From Okamejei kenojei (lineage: Eukaryota), in assembly GCA_035221665.1 (NCBI GenBank), contig CM069156.1, positions 39,928,001 through 39,992,000 on the forward strand: 64,000 nucleotides of DNA, read 5' to 3'. The notes beneath the pieces are model-generated. The model ran no database searches. It saw only the letters and a list, made by a program, of their open reading frames with translations, and had not been told where the DNA came from. A program made the translations under genes and the position numbers. Of this stretch, positions 24,961-38,574 are shown piece by piece. How positions within the stretch are numbered: position 1 is the first letter of the stretch; every line of letters begins with the position of its first letter.

Positions 24961-25119
24961 CTAAAACCAAGCTTCCACCAGGAAATTTGCCTGAGAGACA
25001 CAGCAGCGAGATGAGTCGCAAAATATCACGGTTCAGCTGAGTTTAGTGTCATGTGTTTTCAAACTATAGGTACAGTGAAAAGATTTTATTGCATGCTAAC
25101 CGGTCAGTGGAAAGACAAT

Positions 25120-25650
25120 GCAAACTGCAGTGGGTCAAGGCCACTAGGAGAATTGATTTTATACGTTCCATAACTAGCCTCTCAAAACATTCCATGATGG
25201 TGGTTGTCAGGGTCACTGGATGGTAGTCGTTTAGGCATGGGGTCTTGTTTTTCTTCGGCACCAGCATGATGGTGGTGTTCTTGCAGCATGTGGGTACCTC
25301 AGAACAGAGTAAAGAGAGACTGAAGATGTCTGTGAATACTCCCATTCGCTGGTCTGCACAGCTACTAAAGGCATGGCCAAGGACTTTATGTCACATTCAG
25401 TGGGTTTACGCTCAGGAAGGCCTATTTAACTTCTGCATTAATCGCCCTTGCATCAATAGGGCCAGGTGTCATTGGCCTTCTGTTCGAAGCAAGCATAGAA
25501 AGCATTCAGTAAATCGGGTAGGGTCGTACCCAATGATGTTGCATAACCTTGCCTTGCAGCCAGTTATGTTATTCAGATCTTGCCACATTCTCCGTGCATT
25601 GAAGGGATCAAGTTTGTTCCGCCATTGTCTCTCAAGGAGGAAGTGATGCA
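25120..25650 (-). mobile_element. Rex1/Babar-like LINE RT fragment
   Basis: GVFTDIFSLSL..VPTC.K.TTI..VPKK..CLNDY.PV.LT..MECFERLV. Confidence 0.7.
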
Positions 25651-25852
25651 TTTTGAGAAGTTAAACAAATGCAAATCATAAACAGGTTTGACACTGGAGA
25701 GTTCTGTTAAACCGGGATACCTGGGGCTGTAAGTACAGTTACTAGCAAGTGGCTACACAGGTGAACAGTATGGTGAGAACATTGCTTGCCAATCTATTCT
25801 TACTGACCGACATTGACCAGCAGATGGTGCATGCAACAGACAAATTGTGATA

Positions 25853-26063
25853 CACAAAAAGCTGGAGAAACTCAGCGGGTGCAGCAGCATCTAAGGAGCG
25901 AAGGAGATAGGCGACGTTTCGGGTCGAGACCCTTCTTCAGGGAAGAAGGGTCTCGACCCGAAACGTCGCTATCTCCTTCGCTCCTTAGATGCTGCTGCAC
26001 CCGCTGAGTTTCTCCAGCTTTTTGTGTACCCTCGATTCTCCAGCATCTGCAGTTCCTTCTTTA
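25853..26063. mobile_element. Penelope-derived non-autonomous foldback element with 15-bp TSD
   Basis: ~88-bp near-perfect inverted arms; agacaaattgtgata at 25838-25852 and 26064-26078. Confidence 0.8.
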
Positions 26064-26374
26064 AGACAAATTGTGATAATTGCGTTGCCCTGAGACAAAA
26101 TGCACAGGGAACTTCTTTATTCCATTTAAACATATCTTTATGCAATGTAGAAAGCTACGTTTACAGTATACAGGGAATCTATGGAGTGCAATGAACATTT
26201 TATGCAACAGAATATATTTGTATTGCGCACAGCTCTTGCTTACAGCTCGGAAAATTTTCATTGAATATTCAACATCTCTCGGCATTGTTAACATATATTC
26301 AGTGCAGAACACTTCATTCATGAAAAAATACTGGTATAGCCACCAGGAATTTTTTTTTTCGTAACTCACTCCAC

Positions 26375-26655
26375 ATGACATGAGAATTGAGGGACAGAAG
26401 TTTAGGGGTAACGTGAGGGGGAACTTCTTTACTCAGAGGGTGGTGGCTGTGTGGAATCAGCTTCCAGCAGAAGTGGTGGAGGCAGGATCGATTTTAACAT
26501 TTAAGAGGAAAGTGGATAGGTATATGGACGTGAAGGGAATGGAGGGGTATGGTCTGAGTGCAGGTAGATGGGACTAGGGGAAAACAAATGGTCGGCACGG
26601 ACTGGAAGGGCCGAGAGGGCCTGTTTCCGTGCTGTAATTGTTATATGGTTATATG
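26375..26655 (+). mobile_element. CR1 LINE 3' end
   Basis: Near-identical to 7172-7458. Confidence 0.9.
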
Positions 26656-26949
26656 ATGTTAAATTTGACATGGCGAACAATATCTCAGCAATCAGCCGGC
26701 CATGTTTCCGTTGCAGCGGTGAAGGAGTTGTGGGTGTGCGCCTCACTTGAATGGGGACAAACCATATCAAATCCACAAAGCCAACAAAAGACAGGTTTAG
26801 CCAAGGCTCTTTCAAGTGTCCGTGAAACCCCGTTTGTTCAGCAGAAAGTGGAAGCAATCGTAGGCAAAGTTGTTCAGTTTAAAGATAATTCCTCTCAGGA
26901 CTGTCGATGAGATCCAAAAGGGTTGGCATAAAGAAATGGGACGAATAGT

Positions 26950-27795
26950 AGTCAAGTCACTTTTATTTCTATAGCACATTTAAAAACCAACTCTCGTTGA
27001 CCAAAATGCTTTACATTGGTGGAGGTACTAAAGTTATACAACAGTGGATCATAGATTAAGTACATACATAAATACATACATATAGCCCTCCCTCAGAGAA
27101 CGTCAAGAAAGGCTTGAGAGTATAGATGAGTTTTAAGTTGAGATTTAAAAGAATCGATGGAGGGGACAGTTCTGATGGGAAGAGGGATGCTGTTCCACGG
27201 TCTAGGAGCTGCAACCGCAAAGGCTCGGTCGCCCCCTGAGCTTATGCCTAGATCGCGAGTAACCCCAAGTCTGCTGATCTGAGGGACCTGGAGGTAGTGT
27301 GGTGGGTAGGCAGACTTTTGATGTAGGTGGGGTCAAGCCCGTTAAGGGTTTTGTAAACATAAAGAAGGATCTTGAAATTTATTCGGAACCACACAGTGAG
27401 CCAGTGGATAGAGGCCAGAATCGGGGTGATGCGGTCCCTTTTTCGGGTGCCCGTCAGGAGTCTCACCGCGGTGTTTTGGACCAGTTGCAGGTGGGACAGG
27501 GAAGATTGACTGATTCCAGTGTAAAGGGAGTTGCAGTAATCGAGGCGGGAGGAGATAAATGTGTGGATGATCTTTTCGCGATCATCAAACTGGAGGAATT
27601 GTTTTATTTTAGCTATCGTCTGAAGCTGGAAGAAGCAAGCTTTTACCACGGCATTGACTTGTTTGTCAAATTTCAACGCTGAGTCAAATACCATGCCAAG
27701 GTTTTTGACGTGAGGTTTGAGTAATGGGGCAAGGCTTCCAAGGCTGCCTGCTATCGTTTTGATTGAGTCCAAGGGGCCGAGAAGGATGACCTCAG
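26950..27795 (-). mobile_element. L2 LINE 3' fragment
   Basis: KNLGMVFDS..IHTFISSRLDYCNSL. Confidence 0.9.
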
Positions 27796-28111
27796 TAAAC
27801 CCAGGGACTCCAAAGGCAACAACAGGGAGGACTGTGAGTTATTGTCGTGAAGCCATTACCATACCAGTCAATATTTGAAAATGAAAAATCTTACTCAGAG
27901 TGCACTCGCCATTACGGGTGGGGTCCAAGCCTTAGCTCCTGGATTTTAAGTTTTTTTTTAGTAGTTTGCCGATATCATGATATATTCAGAGCTGCCAAGT
28001 TTTGTCAGAGCATTTCAGCATCCTAGAACATGAAAATCAGTATTTTGCTGAGGAAATCAGTATTTTCACGCGGTGCCATTTTGCTTAATTTTTTTTAATT
28101 TTTATGTGCGG

Positions 28112-28925
28112 TCATATAATCATATAACCATATAACAATTACAGCACGGAAACAGGCCGTCTCGGCCCTTCCAGTCCGTGCCAAACACTTACTCTCACCT
28201 AGTCCCATCTACCAGCACTCAGACGATAACCCTCCATCCCTTCCCGTCCACATACCTATCCAATTTATTTTTAAATGATAAAATTGAACCTGCCTCCACC
28301 ACTTCCACTGGAAGCTCATTCCACACAGCTACCACTCCCTGAGTAAAGAAGTTCCCCCTCATGTGATCCCTAAACATTTGTCCCTTAATTCTCAAATCAT
28401 GTCCTCTTGTTTGAATTTTCCCTACTCTCAATGGAAAAAGCTTATCCACGTCAACTCTGTCTATCCCTCTCATAATTTTAATGACCTCTATCAAGTCCCC
28501 CCTTAACCTTCTGCGCTCCAAAGAATAAAGACCTAACTTGTTCAACCTTTCTCTGTAACTGAAACCCACGCTACATTCCAGTATATCTCCTCTGTACTCT
28601 CTCTATTTTGTTGACATCTTTCCTATAATTTGGCAACCAAAATTGTACACCATACTTCAGAATTGGCCTCACCAATGCCTTGTACAATTTTAACATTACA
28701 TCCCAATTTCTATACTCAATGCTCTGATTTATAAAGGCCAGCACACCAAAGGCTTTCTTTACCACCCCATCTACATGAGATTCCACCTTCAGGGAACTAT
28801 GAACAGTTGTTCATAGATCCCTCTGTTCAACTGCATTCCTCAATTTGCTACCATTTACCATATACGTCCTATTTTGATTTGTCCTGCCAAGATTTAGCAC
28901 CTCACACTTATCAGCATTAAACTGA
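28112..28925 (-). mobile_element. CR1 LINE 3' fragment
   Basis: LYKALVRPIL, LERRRLRGDL; (ccatataa)n tail. Confidence 0.9.
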
Positions 28926-30412
28926 TGCCCATTTAAGAGTACAAGAATGCATAACTTGTTTATTGTGTATTTGTAATATGGTTTACTGTGAATTTTACTT
29001 CTGAGTCACGTGAGTGACTATGAAGAAGCCCCGCCTGGCGCATGACCGGCATTACGTCGACGCTGTTGGTAGGCAAAGAGCTGCAGAGCGCAGCTCCACC
29101 AGCGGTAAGGAACAGGCCCACAGGTAAGTGCATTTAATTTACTTCCAGGGCAGTTCAAACTCCATTGCGCTGGCGTGCAGAGCCAGGAGGAGTTAAAAAT
29201 TAAAATGGAAAAAGTCCAGAAAAAATCACCGCGGGTTAAACGAGTGTCCCGGGGAGAAGAAAAACAGTCGGGACATGAGATTAGTGCAGAGCCGGTTCCG
29301 ATACCGGTGGCCGTGGAAATACCCGTTAGTGAACCTGTAATTGCTCCACAAACAGAAGCCACAGAGGAAATTCCTGTGCCAAAGAAAAGTAACAGGAAAT
29401 CCGTGAGGCCCGTGGTTTCTGATTACTCTGATAGTGAAAGTCCTCTGGATAGAAAAGCCATGTGGCTAAGAATGGAACACATGGAGAACGTTCTCCAGAC
29501 TATTATCAACCAAGGGTCCAAGAACCCAGAATATTCCCAAGCAGGCCCTGAGGGGTTTGCATATCAAGAATACGGCATTATGCCAAATTGGGAATTTGAA
29601 ACTCCAGAGCCTGGAATTGGGTTGGAGGAAGTCTCCTTTGACGAAGTCTCAGGAGTACCAGGGCTGCAAGAGACAGACCCTGAAGGTGGTGATGTTGGTC
29701 ATGAGTACCCACCACAATATAAAAAGATGAAACCAGGTGTGCCTGATGTGGCACAAAGCTTTGCTATATCTGAAGGAAGTGGTGAGGCCATGGAAGAAAA
29801 CCTGGCAGCCAACATTATTACTTGGTTTCTCACCAACTTCAAGAGGCTGTTATGGTTGAAACAGCAGAATTATATAAAACACCTGTGAATTGTGCTTCAC
29901 TAAGGGTACCTACGGTGAATCCGACTATTTGGACGCCCATGTCGTCAGTTATGCGGGCACAGGAAATACGTTTTCAAAGAGTCCTCAAACTTATTTCAGC
30001 TGGCATCACTGCTTTTGGGAAGCAAGTGGAAGGTTCTGCAATGACCAAAATTCAAAAAGATATGTTGGCTTTATTCTGCAATTCATTTTTTGAGCTCAAT
30101 TGTATGAGGAAAATTGCGATTCGGCCCATTTAGCACCCTAGATTTGCAGGCCTGTGCAGAACAAGTAATGTTCAAACTCCTGGTTATTTGTTCGGAGAAA
30201 ACCTGCCCAAGCAAATCAAAGATATGGATGAAGAGGCAAAATCTATTAGCCTCATGAGACCCTTCATCTTTGGCCAAAGAAGGTCTGGTGCAATAAGAAG
30301 GGGATTTGATTTTGGAGCTGGAACAAGCAGAGGCAGGAGTATGGAATTACCATCCAGCACAGCCTAATGTTCACCCATATGTGTGAGAAGGAGACCATCA
30401 CGTACGTTTGGA

Positions 30413-32333
30413 GAGGTACAAAAACTTTATTCTATCACAGTGGAATCTTTGGATGAACCTCCAATTGGTGGTAGATTACAATTGTTTTATGATGAATGGG
30501 ACTGTATAACATCTGACCGGTTTATATTAGATACTGTGTCTGGAGCTACAATAAAATTTGTAGAAGGTACTGATCCACCGGTACAGAATAAACCTAATCG
30601 TGTTTTGATGTTTTCTGCACTAGATAAAGCTGAAATAAAAGAAGAGGTAAACAATTTGTTTAAAAAAAGGAGTTATTGAGAAAACTGTTAAGCATCCACA
30701 GCAATTTGTATCAAATATTTTCCCAAGACCTAAAAAAGATGGTGGTTGTAGAATCATTCTGGACCTTACACACTTTAATACATTTGTCCAGTATAAACAT
30801 TTCAAGACGGATACCTTCAACACTGCAAGACAATTGTTATCAGCAGGTTGTTACATGGCTACTATAGAGTTCAAGGATGCATATTATTCAGTACCAATTC
30901 ATCGTCATTTTCGAAGGTACTTAAAGTTTAGTGGGATGGGACAGCTGTGGCAATATAAAGCATTACCTAATAGATTAAACTCAGCTCCTAGGCTATTCAC
31001 AAAGTTGTTGAAACCAGAACTTGCACAGCTAAGGGCACAAAAACACATTGTTATGGCTTATCTGGATGACATTTTAATTGTCAGTCAGCTGAAAAATCAG
31101 TTTCAGCAACTACAAACCTGTTTGAAAGGCTAGGGTTCCTGATCCATCCAACAAAATGTAAGCTACAGCCATCCCAAACAATTGACTATTTGGGGTTTGT
31201 GATTAATTCAGTTACCATGTTAGTGACTTTACCAATAGACAAAATTGTTGATATTACAAATGTATGTTGTTGCCTTATTCACAAACCTTATCCCTCCATC
31301 CGAGAAGTAGCAAAGATTATTGGTAAGTTAGTAGCAGCATTTCCTGCAGTGGAATTTGGTCCACTACATTACCAAAATCTCCATAGGACAAAAGCACAAG
31401 CATTAAAAAAGCGAGCAGGCCATTTTGATAGGCCCATGCAATTACCGAAGGAGGCTTTATCAGAGTTACAGTGGTGGATTGAGAATGTTCCACAAGCTGC
31501 TAAAAACATTTTAGTACAGCAGCCTATAGTGTTTTTACAAACTGATGCAAGTGCTCTCGGATGGGGGGGGCTACGGATAATTTCACCAGCTGTGGGGGCA
31601 GATGGACTGTCCCAGAGGAATTGTTTCTCCAAACATATGGTATCAATTATTTGGAGTTATTGGGGGCATTTTATGGATTAAAAGCTTATTGTTCTACTAT
31701 GACGGATTTGCATGTCCAATTACAAGTAGACAATACCACAGCTGTTGCATATATTAATCACATGGGTGGCGTAAGATCATTATCATGTGATTGTCTGGTT
31801 AATCAGATATATGGCATTGGGGTATTGATAATAATATTTGGCTTTCAGCAATTTGTCTACCAGGGAAAGATAATGTTGTGGCAGACAACAGATCAAGGAA
31901 ATTTAAAGACAATACGGAATGGATGTTAAATCCACAAGTTTTCAATAATATTGTCAATCGGTATGGATTACCAGACATTGATCCGTTTGCGTCTAGATTA
32001 AATCACCAATTGCCCAAATACGTGTCCTGGGAACCCGATCCAGGAGCAGTAGCGGTGGATGCATTCTTGCTACATTGGGGGAATATGTTATTTTATGCTT
32101 TTCCCCCATTTTGCCTGGTTAGGCAATGTCTTACGAAAATAGAGCAAGACTCTGCCATAGGTTTATTGGTGGTTCCAAATTGGCCTACACAGGCATGGTT
32201 CCCATTGATGCTTAAAATGATTATGGAACCATTTATGACGATTCCTAGCTGCAGTGATTTGTTGGTGCAACCAGTAGCAAAAGAAATTCATCCATTGCAT
32301 GATCATATGAATTTGTTAATCTGCAGGTTCTGA
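30413..32333 (+). pseudogene. DIRS-B pol (RT/RH/MT), multiply frameshifted
   Basis: ORFs 30383, 30834, 31190, 31561 and 31878 align collinearly with DIRS-A pol. Confidence 0.85.
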
Positions 32334-33130
32334 CCAGACCACCGCAAGGGCTTGGACTGTCGGATAGGACCTTGGATGTTATAGCTTCGGCTTGGCGAAA
32401 TAGCACTAAAAAACAATATATGTCACATATAAAGAAATGGGAAGTCTTTTGTAGACAGTCAAAGATATCTTATCATACTGCAAACACATCAAATGTATTG
32501 GAGTTCCTTGCTGGGTTGCATTTTGATCAGCACTTAAGCTATAGTGCCATTAATAGTGCTCGTAGTGCTTTATCGTCCAATTTAGGACAAATTTCTGACT
32601 GTAAATCAATCGGGTCTCATCCATTAAGATCCTGGTTTATGAAAGGGATTTTTAATAGAAATCCTCCCAAACCAAGATATACAGAAATTTGGGATGTCAG
32701 CATTGTGCTTACTTTGCTTAGGCAATGACTCCAATCACGTCAATGTCTTTGCAAAAATTAACATTTAAAGTGGTAATGTTAATGGCATTAGTGTCAGCAC
32801 AAAGAGTACAAACATTGCAAATGTTACGTTTAGATTGTATGCATGTGGCTTCAGATAACATTGTGTTTTATGTTTATGATTTAATCAAACAAAGCAGACC
32901 AGGGAAAACTGGAACTAAGGTAATGTTTAAAGCTTACTCTGTGGATCAAACACTGAGTGTAGTTAGACATTTGACTCAATATATTGAAGTAACCAAGAGT
33001 CTCCGGGGTAGTGAGACAGTGTTACTGATTACGCACAAAAAAACACATACAAAAATATCAGTACAAACCATTTCTAGATGGTTAAAACAGGTTTTGGATT
33101 TAGCAGGATTAGACACTGATACGATAAACC
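32327..33130 (+). pseudogene. DIRS-B tyrosine recombinase, truncated
   Basis: YSAINSARSALS, AQRVQTLQML, QTISRWLKQVL; in-frame stop at 32728; HxxR and catalytic Tyr absent. Confidence 0.85.
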
Positions 33131-33856
33131 TGTTCTCACGGTGCCAGGCTTTGGACACGCAGTGTTGGGTTCACTGTGATTGTTTGCTTTGCTTTTTACT
33201 ATCGATTTATATTATCGATTTATGTTATGACTTTATACCTTTATCACTTTATTGTAAACTTTCCCCTGGGGTAAAGGGGTTATCACTTTTGTTCTTTTAT
33301 AATTAAAAGATTTATTACATAACTGAAGCAATGTTTTAAATGATATATTATTTACTCACTACTGTGTTGACTGAGCCAGAGTGTCGTATGGAATGAATCT
33401 ACGACATAAAAAACACAGAGCTACAAAATCTTCACGTAGTCGCTCACGTGACTCCGAAGTAAAATAGTAAGATTAAACGAGAACTTACCAAGTTTGAAGT
33501 TTGATCGTTATTTTATGAGGAGTTACGATGAGGGATTATGTGCCCTCCACTCCCAACCCTCATAAAATAAATGATCATCTGGTAGTTCTAGTCTATGTTA
33601 GCCTTACTATCTTACTCCGGCTATTGGTTCTGTGTTTTTCATGCCGCTGCTTTGAAGTATGCCGATCATGCACCAGGCGGGACTTCTTCACATAATCCCT
33701 CATCGTTACTCCTCATAAAATAACGATCAAACTTCAAACTTGGTAAGTTCTCGTTTAATCTTACTATATGTGTCATAGCTGCTTTCTTGCATTTTTCCAG
33801 AAGTTTATAATTGAAAGTCATTTGTCGCAAAGTCATTTGGTATCAAGAGAAAGAAT

Positions 33857-34337
33857 CTCTCTCTCTCTCTAACTTTCTTCTCTCTCTCCTCTCTCTCTCC
33901 CCCGCTCTCTCTCTCTCTCCCTACCTACCTCTCAAATCTCTCCCACACTCCCTCTCCTCTTNNNNNNNNNNNNNNNNNNNNNNNNNNNNNNNNNNNNNNN
34001 NNNNNNNNNNNNNNNNNNNNNNNNNNNNNNNNNNNNNNNNNNNNNNNNNNNNNNNNNNNNNNNNNNNNNNNNNNNNNNNNNNNNNNNNNNNNNNNNNNNN
34101 NNNNNNNNNCCCCCTCTCTCCCTACCTCCCTCTCTATTTCCCCTCTTTCTCCCCCTCGCTCTCCCCCTCTCTCACCACTCTCGCTCTCCCCCACTCTCCC
34201 TCGCCCCCTCTCTCGCTCCCTCTCGCTCTCTCTCCACCCCTCTTTCTCTCTCTCCCTCCCCCCCTCTCCCTCCCCTCTCTCCCTCCCCCCTCTCTCTCCC
34301 TCCCCCCTTCTCCATCCCTCCCTCCCCCTCTCTCCAT

Positions 34338-34391
<54 letters not shown>

Positions 34392-34470
34392 CCTCTCTCT
34401 CCATCCACCCCTCTCCCTCCCCCTCTCTGCCTCGCCCCCTCAACCCCTCTCTCTATCCCTCCCCCATCTT
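33857..34470. repeat. CT-rich/(CT)n low-complexity tract containing an assembly gap (N 33962-34109)
   Basis: Directly visible. Confidence 0.95.
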
Positions 34471-35869
34471 CTTGGACCATGCTGACTATCTGGAGGTGTC
34501 TATTCGCACGAGGCTGAAGGGCGTGGATGAATAGAGAGAAGGATCGCACCCACGGTGTTGGTTAGGCATCGTATAGGAAGTGTTTTTGTGTTTGAGAAGT
34601 GAAGATGTTATTTGATCCAGAGCTTGACTCAGTGTTTTACTGAACCAGACTAACTGTGAGATTAGGGGCAAAATTACATAATGACGTGAAAGGTGCAGTG
34701 GAGGTTCAGTGGGGCAAGCTTAGAACTGAGAGTCAAGGCAGCCAAACCACTGTGGGTGGTTGAAGAGTGCAGAGATATGTAGTTGGCAAAATGTTATAGT
34801 CCTTTATAAAGGAGTCAATCTGCATTCGCCATTCCTCAGCCCACTAGCCCAACTGATCAAGAGCCTGTTGTAATGTTTGACAAAAATCTGACATTGACCG
34901 CAGTCTCTGGACCAGCACGGCAAGCGGCTGTGGCAGTACAGATTCCACCGATGCTTCTGCACTGAGGGATTCGGGTGCCTGGGGATTATGCAAGACAGCG
35001 ACGTGGAGAGAGTCACCCGTGTTTGTAGCAAGTAAAGGAACAGGCCCATTGTAGCTCTTCTCTGATGTGACCTGGAATGAAGTATTGACTGAATTCCTTG
35101 GATCACCGTTATGTCCATCGGTGACCGTGGAGTGTGCGAGTGAGGTGTCCGTGGATAGAGGCCACGAGCCCCTAATTCCCCCCCCCCCCCCCCCCGAGTC
35201 GTTTTGATATCCTAATATTTCCCTGCTGCTGATCCCAGTCCCCGCTCCTCCCGAATATTAGATATTTATCACAGCTGGAAACCTCGGCGATTTCTCTCTC
35301 CCGCAGCGAGCTCTTTCGCAATTATTATCAAATCAACTTTTTACTATCAATTCAAATATTGAAGTTCATCGCTTGAAGGAACAATGAACTGCAATTTATG
35401 AAAATATTTTTTAAAGACTACATTTCAGGTTCATCGTCTTCCGGAGATTGCAGTTTCTTAATGTTAAATCATTTTTGAAAATGCTCCCCCACGTCTCCCT
35501 CCTCCCTCATAGGGTCCCAGCGACCGCGACACCTGCACCGCTTCACAAACAAACAAAAACAGCATCGATTTGTATAACGGCAGCTAAATAAAGACCGCGC
35601 CAACACCGGCCGGGTCCCCGTGGGGAAATGACGAGAACGCAGCTGCATCAGCGCCGATCAAACACACGGGCTGGCGCCTCGGCTGCTCGGCCCATGAACC
35701 GTGGGCAACGTGGTGGTGTCTGGACGCAATGAGACTGATGGAGAGAGACATTTTCCAGTTCATCATTGAACAGAGTTATCGATTTCAAGTCCCAGCCCAT
35801 CAGGTTCCACATAAATGTAATCCTTTCCTTAACCTATGCTCTCTAACACCTTATTTTGCTACCCCGGAA

Positions 35870-36555
35870 TAAAGAATAAAACTCTGCACTCACAGTATCT
35901 ATCCGCCTCGTGATTTTATAACTCTCCATAGGGTCACCCCTGAGCCTTTTGTGTTCCAAGGAATTAGGCCCTAACCTGCTCAACCTCTCCCTGTAAATCA
36001 GCCACTCCCGTTCTTGCAACACCCTTGTGACTCTCGATGCACGTTTTCCAGCTTAATTAACATGTTTCCTACATTAGAGTGACCAAATCTGAACACGATA
36101 CACCTATTGCGGTCTCATCAACGTTTCTTGCAAATGTCAGATAATAACTTCTATACTTGACTGATGCAGGACAATGTTTCGAAAGCTTTCTTGACACCCA
36201 GTCTACATGTGACAACACTTTTATGGAACTATGGAACTGTACTCTTAATCCCTCTGCTCTACAACACTTCCTATTTACCGCTGACGCCACTTTTAAGGAA
36301 TTGTGCTTTGCAACCCCCTCCCCCCCCCCCACCCCCCCCCGGCCTTCATTGTGAAGCTCCCGCCCTTGATTGTCTTCCCAAAATGCAACGCATTGCAGTT
36401 ATCTACATTGCACTCCATTTGAAGTTCTTCAGAGCATTTGACAAGCTGATCAAGATCCTGTTTTAACCCCTGATAACCCCCTCAATGTCAGCATTACCCG
36501 CTATTTTGCGGCATCTGCAATCTGACTAATCATGCCTTGTACATTCCTATGCATA
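35870..36555 (-). mobile_element. Old, degraded CR1 fragment
   Basis: Recognisable decayed CR1 RT 3' sequence. Confidence 0.6.
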
Positions 36556-37089
36556 TTTGACAACTCCGACTGAGGCACACTAGACAACATAGAATGTATA
36601 GGACAAGCTTCTAACATACCATAAACTGCAATAGGTTAAGAAAGACTATTTAATCAATCAAGACGACCCAAGCTGCTTTGTTGTTATCGGGAAATGCTGG
36701 TGCCAGGACACACGGGAAGGCACCCGAACAGATTACCAAACGCTCCAGTCGAAATGTGGTCTCAAAGAGTATGTTACTGGATCACAGGGAGGCGCAGAGG
36801 TTAAGAAAACTCAAGAGCTCACGACTATGTCAGCTGAAGGCAGGAACGCTCATGGCGGCCGCGGTTAGATTTGGGACCCAATATTTGTGAATGAGGCGAA
36901 GCGGAGGTGTTGGTGCTTGTGGGGCTGCAGGAGGGAGGTTCCTGGGTTTAGGTCGGGGGTTCTGTGGTGGGCTGAGGACAATGGGTGCTCTGCTCCCGAT
37001 AATTAACTGCAGGAAACTTCACTCATGATGATCGCACTGTTCATCCATCGGTATAGAAAAGTAATGCAGGTCACGGGGAGAACATACAA

Positions 37090-38525
37090 TGCGCATGTTG
37101 TTCCATTGTTTAAAAAGGGTTCAAAGAATAAACCTAGCAATTATAGACCTGTTAGTTTGACGTCAGTGGTGGGCAAATTAATGGAAAGGATACTTAGAGA
37201 TAATATATATAAGCATCTGGAGAAACAGGGTCTGATCAGGAACAGTCAACATGGATTTGTGCCTGGAAGGTCATGTTTGACAAACCTTCTTGAATTTTTT
37301 GAAGTTACTAGGGAAATTGATGAGGGTAAAGCAGTGGATGTTGTCTATATGGATTTCAGTAAGGCCTTTGACAAGGTTCCCCAAGGTTAAGAAGGTTCAA
37401 TCTTTGGGTGTTAATGGCGGAGTAGCAAGATGGATTGAACAGTGGCTGAATGGGAGATGCCAGAGAGTAATGGTGGATGGCTGTTTGTCAGGTTGGAAGC
37501 TGGTGACCAGTGGGGTGCCTCAGGGATCTGTGTTGGGTCCACTGTTATTTGTCATGTACATCAATAATCTGGATGATGGGGTGGAAAATTGGAAAAGTAA
37601 GTATGCAGATGATACTAAGATAGGTGGTGTTGTGGATAATGAAGTCGATTTTCAAAGTCTACAGAAAGATTTGGGCCATTTGGAAGTGGGCTGAAAGATG
37701 GCAGATGGAGTTTAATGCTGATAAGTGTGAGGTGCTACACCTTGGCAGGACAAATCAAAATAGGACGTACATGGTAAATGGTAGGGAATTGAGGAATGCT
37801 GTGGAACAGAGGGATCTAGGAATAACTGTGCATAGTTCCCTGAAGGTGGAATCGCATGTAGATAGGGTGGTAAAGAAAGCTTTTGGTGTGCTGGCCTTTA
37901 TAAATCAGAGCATTGAATATAGGAGTGGGGAAGTAATGTTAAAATTGTACAAGGCATTGGTGAGACCAATTCTGGAGTATGGTGTACAATTTTGGTCGCC
38001 TAATTATGGGAAGGATGTCAACAAAATAGAGAGAGTACAGAGGAGATTTACTAGAATGTTGCCTGGGTTCCAGCAACTAAGTTACAGAGAAAGGTTGAAC
38101 AAGTTAGGTCTGTATTCTTTGGAGCGCAGAAGGTTAAGGGGGGACTTGATTGTGGTCTTTAAAATGATGAAAGGAATAGACAGAGTTGACGTGGATAAGC
38201 TTTTCCCATTGAGGGTAGGGAAGATTCAAACAAGAGGGCATGACATGAGAATAAAGGGACAGAAGTTTAGCGGTAACATGAGGGGGAACTTCTTTACTCA
38301 GAGAGTGGTGGCTGTGTGGAATGAGCTTCCAGCAGAAGTGGTGGAGGCAGGATCGATTTTAACATTTAAAAGTAAAGTGGATAGGTATATGGACAGAAAG
38401 GGAATGGAGGGGTATGGTCTGAGTGCAGGTAGATGGGACTAGCAGAAAATAAATGTTCGGCACGGACTTGAAGGGCCGAGAGGGCCTGTTTCCGTGCTGT
38501 AATTGTTATGTGGTTATATGGTTAT
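37090..38525 (+). mobile_element. Young CR1 LINE, 5'-truncated RT region with 3' tail
   Basis: NYRPVSLTS, QHGF, DFSKAFDKVP, GVPQGSVLGP, YADDTK; 272-aa ORF; (tatatggt)n tail. Confidence 0.93.
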
Positions 38526-38574
38526 ACAAACTCAGTACAGACAGAACCCGTAGTCGGGATCGAACCCAGGTCTC

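Larger units (their letters stand above)
28992..33767 (+). mobile_element. DIRS1-type retrotransposon (DIRS-B), a distinct AT-richer family, degraded
   Basis: gag from ATG 29205; pol fragments (AYLDD, TDAS, YAFPPF) 30400-32333; YR 32327-~33130 lacking its C-terminal catalytic part; ICR ~33429-33542; right ITR plus extension 33657-33767. Confidence 0.9.

Noticed and set aside
33811-34549. Long Leu/Ser/Pro and Glu/Arg/Gly ORFs
   Set aside because: Translations of a CT microsatellite across an N gap.
34486-35118. Minus-strand ORFs after an acceptor-like ttcattccag, a possible host exon
   Set aside because: The most protein-like part (QTLQQALDQLG*WAEEWRMQ) matches decayed CR1 RT; no coherent gene model.
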